In this document: piece by piece, positions 39,582-49,800 of the stretch | Position numbering within the stretch: the first letter of the stretch is position 1 | How the letters are laid out: every line of letters starts with the position of its first letter | Source of the DNA: Geosiphon pyriformis uo1 | Lineage: Eukaryota > Fungi > Glomeromycota | DNA: 64,000 bases | Reading direction: 5' to 3' | Assembly (NCBI GenBank): GCA_016748015.1 | Contig: JAAOMT010000627.1 | Coordinates: 248,001-312,000, forward strand | Program-made: the position numbers and the translations under genes | Notes under the pieces: generated by a model | What the model was told of the DNA's origin: nothing | Databases searched by the model: none | What the model saw: the letters and a program-made list of their open reading frames with translations, nothing else

Positions 39582-42500
39582 ATATGTATGTAAGATTTTG
39601 GAGGTTGCTGATAGATTCTTGTCTATTAAGCTGTTTTTTAAAAATAAGTTATTTGTTTTAATTTTGGGAATTTATGCTGGTGCTTCTCTGGCTGTGTGTT
39701 TATTTCAAGCTAATAATATCAATTCTTTGATTGTAAAAGCTGTAAATAAATTTTCTTTTGTTATCTTGAGTAGAAATTTCAATAAAGATAACTTACATAA
39801 GTGTGCTAGTTTCAGGAAATGTTTTAATCTGGGGTTAGTCAATTCTTTGTTAAGTAGTTTACTTGTAAAAAATTCTACATGGAAAAATTTGAGAGGTGCT
39901 GAAAAAATTATTGATTACATGTTCATTTTTTTGAACTTGGTTAATATGGTAATGTATCACAATGTATTGAATGTTGTGAGCACTTTGATACTAATCATCA
40001 GACTGTTTCTGTGTTAGTGAGTTTGGAAGGATTGCTAAATATGTGTTTGAACTTTTTTCACAAACAAGTAAATAAGGATTATTAAAAGTTTAATTTTAAG
40101 AGTGCAAATAATGTCAAATGGGCCAAATTCAAGAAAGCTTCAATAGCAAATTCTGCTATGTCTTCTGGTAATTTCATAGTATCTAAAAGGTTTTCAGATT
40201 TGAATGTAATGTAAAATGCTATTTATAAAGTAATATATCTATTAGCTAAAAAGGTTTTCAAAAAGAAATAGTTTAAGAACTACAACAATGTTTTTACTAA
40301 GAAGTCATCCAGATTTCACAAGCTGGAACTTTTGGTGTCTAAAATTGTTAAGGCCTTTTGTGATGAGTTTGTATTATTGCTGGTTAAGTAAGAATGTCTT
40401 AATGTTATTAATGCTTCTACAGTAAAATCTCTTTTTCTTTCTGAGTTTTATCTTAATAATGTTAGATCAGTTTTGGCTAAGATTAGAAAATTTTATTGTT
40501 CTTTTAAATTGTTAAAATCGAAGCTTACTAAAAAATTTTGGATTAAATTGGCTATTGGTAAAAGGATGGAAAGTTTTGAGTTGAACAAAAGTCATATCAT
40601 CAGAAGTGTGCTGAAGCATTCTTTTTACAAAGTTGTGTTGGATCATCTGGTTGTGGATAATGAATTGGTTTTAGAGCCTAATTTAATTAAGTCTAAGATA
40701 GATAAAATTATGAAAAGCTGGACTAGGAAATGTGAAGTTGTTTCCAATGTCTTTGATAACTGGTCTTACCAATACCAATTTTTGGATTATATTTTTGATG
40801 GTGCTTTTTCAAATGTGATAAGTCTAATTGGTTTTAATGAAATGTTTGGTGTAATCTCAGATCTGCCTGATAGTAAGACTGTTGGTCTTTTTGGCATCTT
40901 TAATAAGTTGTAAAAATATTGTAACAAGTCAGTTTTAGATATGCTCCTGGTACTTTTGAACTTTTATTTGACATATGAGTTAGTATCTAATTCTTAAAAA
41001 GAGACTTGGGTCTCAATAATTTCGAAACTGTATAAATAAAAGAGTCTTTTTACAAATATCTGTTCTATTGCTTTGATTAAAACAGCTTGCAAAATTTTTT
41101 TCAAAATTCTTTTAGACAAAATTTTTTCAGCTTATAATACTTTTAACATTCTTTAGGGGAATAATTTTTCTGTTTTAAAAAATACAACAACACAGTTTCC
41201 TATTTTTGCCATTGATTTGGTAATTAAGAATGTCTTAAAAAAAAACTGAAAACTGTGGCTGGTTTTGCAAAATATACATAAGGTCTATAATTTTGTTAGA
41301 TGGGAGCATCTCAAGAGAAGTTTGGTTAAAATCAAAATATGTGACAAATTTATTGGATTTTTTTGTGACATTCACAATGGTTGGATTAACAGAGTTATAA
41401 CTAATTTTGGTTTGATTAATGAATATCAGATTCATAATAAGTTAAATCAAGAAAAAGTTTTTTTGCCTCTTCTTTGGTGCATATTTTATGACCCATTTTT
41501 GTGTAAAGTCAAGAGGCAGAAGAGTGTATATGGTTACAAATTAAATTCTCATTTTGTTTTTAGAACTGAATATGTGAAATCTTAAACCAGACTGATATTG
41601 TTTCTTGCTGCTAGTGCTTTTGTTGATAATATTATCTGAATTAGTAGTAATCAAACTGCTACACAGCATATTCTCAGTATTGCTAATGAATTTTTTAAAA
41701 TCAATAACATTTCTATAAATAATAATAAGACAGTGACCATCTTTATTAACTGCAGAATTGTAAATTCTTCTTTATCTGTCAATAACATGTCTATTTCTGT
41801 TGCCAAAAAAGAGAAATTTCATCACTATCTGGGTATTTTTTGTTTTCTGAGGGTTTATCAAAGTTTAGCTTAGCTAAGATGCATTCAGATATCCGGTTTT
41901 TTACCAATCTTGTTTTGAAGAAAGTTATTTCTGATAAACAGTTTTTGTATTTGGTGTTGGTGGTCTTTCATCCTATTATTAGCTACAGAATTCAATTCAG
42001 TTTTATTTCTATTAGTGTATATAATAAGTGAAACACTTTAATTTGCAAAGGATTAAAGTCTAAATCTGGTCTGCTATTTGATTTTCCCAATGATACACTT
42101 CACCATTTTTCTTTATATAATTTAAAATTTTTTGAACAGATTCAAGCAAAGAGCAAGTTGGCTTTCATTGTTTGTTTTACAAATTTGAGTAAGATTTTGG
42201 ATCATCTATTTGTACATAGATCACATGATCTGCAGGTTTTCAGCTGGCATCTATGCCATTCTTTGCTTTTTCTAACTCATATTAATGTTAATTTATCAAA
42301 TAATTTCTTGGCTGATATAGTCTATATTTTTTTGGAGTATGATCTGTCTTTGGGTGGTTTTATAATCAATGTTTTTTGTTTTTAGATTGAAACTCCTATG
42401 TCTTTTGTTTTTGGTAGATCAAAATATTTTAAGTATATTTTTTTGTTTTGGCAGTATGGAATTGCTTTTGCTAATTAGCTTTGCAGTCAGAATAATACAG

Positions 42501-45234
42501 TTTTTGATTAGAAAACATTCAAGCAGTAGAAGAAATTGGACTCACATGGCCCAGTTTCTAACTGGTTCAAGCTTTCTGTTTGTTTTCTCAATAGTGTAGC
42601 TTCTTTTTCAGTTTGTTTTTCTTTCTTAAAAGATGTTGGTTTGTCAAATATTCTTAAGTCTTATGAGTTTAATTTATAACTGTCTGTTAAGTGTTGATGC
42701 CAATCACTTTTTTGTTTATACAGATGAATTTTTATGTGGTTTAAGAACTTTAAACATAAGAGCTGGTCCAGCTGTTTTTTTTAAGAATATTGGTTTGGGT
42801 TTAGAAGTCAGAGTTTCTGGTTTGGTGTTTTTTACTATGACAGAATTGCAGACTATTGCACTGTTACTCGAATGCATTCCTTTTTCTAGTTCAGTTTAAC
42901 TTTTTTTAGACAACCAGTTAGCATTAGATGCTTACAAATCCAAATTGGGTCTGTTATGTCTGGACTTTTAGAATTGGTGTTGGATCAAGTGTTATTATAT
43001 TGCAAATATCATTTGTAATAAGAATTTGAATGTCAATTGGCATAAAGTAAAGAGTTATTCAGGTGTTTCAAGCAATGAGCATGCTAATATATTTGCAAAA
43101 GCTGCTTCTTTCTTTAATTAGTACTTTCTTCATCGAATTAATGAGTATTATATTAGAACTAATGGTGGTATTGTTTCTAATAATTCTAGACATTTTGTTC
43201 CCAATGTTTTTTAATCTGTTTATCATGTACACTAAAAGGTTGGTTTTGGTTCTTGGATTGTAATAAATAGTTTTTATACAGATATTGATTGGTTTAGATT
43301 ATTCTTGGTGTGATATTCTAATTCACATTTGGCTGCCAGTTTTATTAGTAGATGTACTGTTGGTGCTTGCACATATTTTATGAAGACTTTACATTACTGG
43401 CTTCCTGTTATTATACATAAGTATTTGTATGACAAGTGTTATCCAAGTGTGATGTGTTTGTTCTGTGGAAATATTGAAATCTTATATTATGTTTTTTTTT
43501 GCTCATTTGACTTTGCAGCTTATGTTCAGTTGTTGGCTGCTTATATAACTAATTGGGAGAAGCTTTCTGGTCTTGCTTGTTCTTTTTTGTGTGTGTTATA
43601 ATTGTTGTCTTCTTGTGTTTTTAATATTGCAATGTATATGGCTCTGTATAAAAGTTTTGTTTTCAATGATTGATACCAGGAATCTCTTTCTGTTTTCAAG
43701 GATTCTAAAATTGTGGGTTGGACAATAGTGAACTTTGTGTGTAAATTTTGTCTTGTATTCTGGAATAAAATTTGGTTGGCTTGTGCTAAATACCAGACTT
43801 TTATAGAAAAAAATAAATTAAGACTACTTAATGGATCTGTTTTAGTCTTGATAGCTGGGCTTTTTTTAGTGCTTTCTACTGGTGTAATTAAGTTGTTGGG
43901 TGTTACTGAGACTGTTGATATTAGTTTTGGGTTTTGTAAATCTTGTTTGTTTTTTTCAAGTATAGATAACATGGTTTTAGTTCAGATAAGTGCTTAGTAT
44001 TGTTTTAATTAGCTTAAATAGCTGGTCATGTGTAAAAAAAATATAATTTACACCTAGTTTAGATTACTTATATGATATTATATACTAAGCAATATTTGAA
44101 CCTTACTTGTTAAATGTTAAAAAAAAAATTTAACAGAAATTTGAGATATTATCTAATATAAAATTATTCTTATAATTTTTATTATTAATTAGCATATATT
44201 ATCAGTTCAATTTATTACTTATTATCTTATTAAATTAACCAAATTATTATTTAATTAATAATAAATTTATACAAAATACAAATATAATTAAATTGTAATA
44301 ATCAAATTATACAATACACTAAATTATATAATATTCAAAATTTACAAAAATATTTAGTAATTTAATAAAATATTCAACAGTTTATTAAAATAATTTATAG
44401 TTTACAAAAATAATTTATAGTTTAACAAAAAGCTTTTTTTTTAAAAAAATATATCTTAGCTTAAAATATTTTCTATTAGAATAATTTTTTTTACAAATCA
44501 ATTCAATAAAACTTATCTTAAAAACATAAATTTTTTAATTATTATTGTTTTAAAGTTAATCATTTTATACTAATATTTTGAAATTGATTAATTACTAATT
44601 TTAGTAACTATCAGTAATTTTTATACTTGAATCTAAAATAACTTTTTTAACATATTTTTTTGTTTTATTTTTTTAGTTTATTTTTTTATTTTTTATTTTT
44701 ATTTATATTATTAAGTAGTCTACAACCAAGATTTTTTGTAAAAAAATTAACTTTTATAACAAAGTAACTACACATTATTTGAAAAAGTTACAAACAAAAT
44801 TTTTTTGTAAAAAAATTGATTTTTATCACAAAGTAACTATATTAATAATTGGAATAAAATTGGTCATTTTATTATAAATCTAATAATATATATAATTCAA
44901 AATATAAAAAGATATTTTGGAAGAAAATTTAACTTATTGAAAATTTATTAGCTTTTATTAACAGCAAAATTAACAGCAAAACAGCATTAATAATATTTAA
45001 AAAAAAGTAGAAAAATTATTAATAACAATATTTTTTTTTATGTTTTTTTTATGTTATTAGTGTTTTAATAATTAAATCAATATTAAACTTTTTTTTGACT
45101 TTTTTTATACCAAAATTGTTAATATTATTAGCAGTTATATTGTCAAAAAAAAATTTAATAATAATTATACTAAATATTAAGATATAAAAAAAAAATAAAA
45201 AAAACTTCTTTCAAAAAAATTTTTTTTTTTAAAA

Positions 45235-45821
45235 TTTTTTTTTTATTACATTTAACGAGCGAGATCCAAACACTACCTAGAACAATACATTAATGAAATG
45301 ATCTAAACTAGGTGTGAATCATGTGCTTAACCACACGTGACTAGCCACTTGAGCCAGTCAGAACAACACTACACAACTATATTAACAGAAACCATGTTAC
45401 CAATATCTGAAAAAAATGAACAAGACTTACGAAAGCCAAAAAGAATGCCAAAAACTTCAGTAACACCAAGCAATTTAACCACACCAGGTGACAACCTCAA
45501 AACCGAACCAAAAACTGGAATAAAAATTGATCTGTCTGCTGGGATCAGGCCATTCTTTTCCATAAAAGCACAATGCTTAGTATGGACCAACCAAATATTA
45601 TTCCTAAAAGCAGAGCATAGAGAGTGCATAAAATCAGTAATTTTAACACCAGCAATCTTAAGATCATGGAAGACAGTAACAGCCTCCTGAAGTCATCTAT
45701 TGAAAACAAAACCCTTGTAAAGAGCCGAAGAAACCAGCAAATTTAAAGCATAGATCGACATAAACTGCAACAAAACTGAAGAGGGAAGAGAGAGCCCAGA
45801 AAGTGACCTCTAAGAAGACAT
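45235..45821 (-). mobile_element. LINE-4 3' end (ORF2 C-terminus, 3' UTR, poly(A)), interrupted by Gypsy C
   Basis: Minus-strand ..FGFRKSCSFFSDIGNMVSVNIVV*; 3' UTR matches LINE-1 and LINE-3; poly(T) at 45235-45244. Confidence 0.9.
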
Positions 45822-46812
45822 TGTTACCAGACAAAATTAGAGATATTATTTAGCATGAAACTATCTTATAATTTCTATCATTAATTAGCATATATTATCG
45901 TTTCAAATTATCACTTATTACATTAGTAAAGAATGTCCGAAATTATTATTTAATTAATAACCCAAAGTGTACACAACACAAATGTAACCTAATTGTGATG
46001 ATCAATCATGCAATACCCCGAACTATGTAACATTCAAAAGTTTGCCGAAATTTATAGAAATTTGCCAAAATAATTAATAGTTTACCAAAATATCTAATAA
46101 GTTTGCAGAAATAACTTGTAGTTTGCCGAAATGTATCTTTAGTTCAGCGAAATTGTAGAAAATAGCAAAGTTCAAGTTCATAGAATAGTGTTATGACAAG
46201 TTGTATAAAAGAAGAGCTTCTCTCTTTGAAAAATAAAAAATATCTTACTTTAGATTTATCTCTTAAAAACTGTTCCTATATACACAAAAAAAATAAAATA
46301 AATATCAAATAATTCAAAAAACCAAATTCTTTAATTATTATACTTGGAAAATCCCCAAAACCCAACTAATGTTTTGAAATTGATTAGCTACCAATTTCAG
46401 TAAACTGTTAGTGACTCCAGACCTGGATAGAAAACGTTTTCCTTGACAAAATTCTATTTCTTTTACATTTCTTTTATTTTCTTTTATTTTTCTTATTACA
46501 ATCATTAGGGTAGCCTACAGACGAGATTCCTGTAGAAGAGTTGACTTTCACAGCAAAGTAACTACACATTTTTAGTGAGCTTCCAGATGAACAATTCCTG
46601 GGAAAGAGTTGACGTTTACTACAACGTAACTACATAAAGCAACTGGCACGAAATTGGCCATTCCACTCATAAGCCCAGCAAGTTCAAATTATAGGAGATT
46701 ATTTGAAGATAAATTCAGTTACTGGAGGTTCAACCACATCCAGAAAACGTGAATTTACAGCAAATAAATATCAACAACATTACAGAAAAGAGACCAAAAA
46801 CCTCCAGTAACA
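45822..46812 (+). repeat. Gypsy C 5' LTR (991 bp)
   Basis: TGTTACCAG..GTAACA; AGTTTGCCGAAA-type U3 repeats; TATAAAA at about 46204. Confidence 0.95.
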
Positions 46813-46857
46813 TTTGGTGCTCTCTCACGGAAACAACACAGCAAAAACAACTTCAAA

Positions 46858-49800
46858 GTGGCGACCACATCAGACACAACAACTCTAGAGTATTACCAAT
46901 TGATTTACACCCACTGCAAGTAAAGATTCAACATTCCAGATGGAATTGAAGTTGTCAAGAAATCAGTATACCAATACATTGAAAACCACATCAACAATTA
47001 TCTTTTTGGAAATTACAATATCTCAGAAGTTAGAAGCAATCTTTACAATAATTTAGTACACTATTCACAGTTGGGAACTGAAGACCTTAATAGTGAAACA
47101 CTTGCCACTTACTTTGACGAACTTAATTTTAACATTATCAAATACTGTGAAGAAACATATCCAGTGCAGTCTCAATACACTATTGATTTTGAATCGGAAA
47201 CAAAAACAAGCAATAAAAGAAAAAACAAATTAAAACAATATTTAAGAACCATTCCAAATACTCCAACACTACCAAAAACAACTGCCAAACATTTACAAAC
47301 ACCTGAACAAGGAACCAGCTCAAAACTTCCACTTACTATCACACCTTTTCCAGCTTCACTTGCACAAGCACAAACACCTAATTTACCCTTAAATCAATTT
47401 GCAAGACCAGAAGATTTTACATCACTCAGAAGTCCCACCAGACAACAAGAATCCCTTCAAACTAGTTCCAATCTCCTTGATTTTCTAACTGAAAATCAAA
47501 GTGAACACTCTGAGACAGTAGCAAACAAAAAAAACAACTCTGAAATAACCGAAGAAGAATCAATAGACAGTGGAAATGAAGAAGACGAAATGACAACATA
47601 CATCGCAAAAATCCCTGAATTCAATGGAGAAGATATTAAGACCAGTCCCTAAGAATGGCTCAACCAAGTTACTAAAGCTGGAGATGCAAATGGATGGAAT
47701 GCTGCCAGAATGTTAAGAACAATTCCCTACTTTCTCAAAGGAACAGCAGGAGAATGGTTTGAAAACTTTGCTGCCCCATTCAATGATTGGAATGCTTTCA
47801 AAGCAGCCTTCCTTGAACAGTTCACCAACAATAATACTTCCATTACTCTTTACAATCGTTTTCAAAATATCAAACAAGAACCCTCCGAATCTGTTATGAC
47901 TTATATTGGGAAATTCAACAAACTTCTCAGACAAATTCGCCAACTCGAGACAAACGATTATTATTCCGATGCTCAAATCTTAGATTAATTTATTACTGGC
48001 CTAAAAGATAAACTAATTAAAAAGGTTCGCCCACATGCACCAGAAGATTTAAACTCTGCCATACAGCATGCAAAAAGATATGAAATGGCCATAGAAGAAG
48101 CCAATCATACAAAACTTGTAAATTTGGCAATTGAAGAAACCAGCTCAGCAGCTGAGGAAAAAATTGACCAACTCACAAAGAAGGTCAAAAACTATTTTAC
48201 CAACCAACAACAACAACCCCAAAGATATCAACCACCCAAAGACGAAATCATAATAACTTTGCACCACTTTCCAATAACCAGCCCCAGAATTGCCATTACT
48301 GTGGAATCTCTGACCACTGGAAAAGAGATTGCAAAAAGCTGCAACAAGACCAACAAAATAGGGGTAATCAATGTTACTCTCCACCACAGCAATCTTATTA
48401 TTAACCATCACCACCAGCTTACTATCCACCAAGACCCCAATACCAAAATAACTATTATCAGCCCGCCCCATAACCAATCCAACAGCAATACCAACAACCA
48501 CCCACACAACATTATCAAGTATCTGCTCGAAAACTGATTACACAAAATCAATTCACACCACAAAACCGATACCAAGTAAACAACAGTAGAATCAGTTCGA
48601 ACAACCAATTGGTTCCCCAAAATACCACTCAACCAAGACCCAACCACTACCACACTCAACCCAGTTATTTAACAATGCCAGAAGAACAGGATTTTCACCA
48701 TACTGCACTCTCAGAAGGTAGAACTGCATCACAACAACAATGAAACCCTTCTCATAACCACACCACTATTTTACCAGCCTGAATTACTGAAAACACCAAT
48801 CTCTCTAATATCTTTCCTTTTGAATTTGAAGCAAATGAATCACCATTCTTGCTTAGCAATACAGCAGCTAATGAGCAAAAAGCTATCACTGCAATGTACA
48901 CAGAAGCTGAAGTAGAAGGAAAGCCCATTCGCTTGATCCTAGACAGTGGATCTGCTGGAAGCATTATTACCTACCAGTTAATGCAACAGTTGAAAAGAAA
49001 TGTCGACCGACCAGCTCAAACAGTAATTGTCACTGCTGATGGCATGAAAAAGACACCAGTAGGAGAAATTGACAATTTTCCATTCACTCTTGATGGAATC
49101 ACCATTCCAGTCAAAGTTCTTGTAATGGACGCACCCCAGTATCAAGCTCTTATCGGAAATGATTGGCTTCAAAAAGCCAATGCTAATCTAAATTGGGAAA
49201 CACAAGAGTTAACAATCTCCTACCAAGGACAACACACCCGAGTACCTGCCATTTGTGGTACATTCAACAAACGTTCTAAAAAAGCCCCGGCTTTTGAATT
49301 TGAACCAGAAGAAGAAAAACCAATAATCAAAACATTCATGGCTCTTGGATCAACGTCCAACTGGGCCAATGAAACAGAATAAGAACATTTTACCCCACAC
49401 ACCAAACCCGAAACCTCTGAATAGAATAAACCTTACTCAAAACCCGAACCAAGGAAACAACGCCCCTATATTCCTCTTAAATATAAGGACTGCCACAAAA
49501 AACTATTGTCAATGGGAGCCTGCATTTCACCTGAAGAAGAATATGAGAATCATACTTGTTATTACTGCAAAGCTTGCCACAGAGAGCAATGGGACCATCT
49601 AATAAAAAGGAGTGGAAAATGGGACAACACCCCTTGTTTGACTTGTGGAGATATGCTACTGGAAGAATGCAATTGGATTGATGTAGCAATGAGAGGAGGC
49701 ATCTGCGATCAGACCTGCCAATATGCCTTATCAATTTCAGAAAAAGTAAAAAGAGGAACACCCTTTAATGCAGCATACAACAGTGCTCTCAGCAAACTTT

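Larger units (their letters stand above)
29323..43997 (+). pseudogene. LINE-3 ORF2 remnant (APE-RT-RNase H-CCHC), interrupted by Gypsy B
   Basis: KIAMCNIK..KTKL; LQNIHKVYNFV; AFVDNII; YTDEFL; CLFCGNIE; ends LVQISA*. Confidence 0.85.
27397..44129 (+). mobile_element. LINE-3: full-length degenerate non-LTR retrotransposon containing Gypsy B
   Basis: TSD TTAACAGAA at 27388-27396 and 44130-44138; poly(A) at 44119-44128; 5' UTR like LINE-2; ORF1 and ORF2 remnants. Confidence 0.88.
27383..45027 (+). mobile_element. Ancient solo LTR of the Gypsy C/D family (27383-27396 + 44130-45027), split by LINE-3
   Basis: Starts TGTTA at 27383 and ends AATAACA at 45027, with ATAT on both sides (27379-27382, 45028-45031). 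44130-45027 is colinear with the C LTR (e.g. TTTTGAAATTGATTA, CAAAGTAACTACACATT). Confidence 0.8.
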
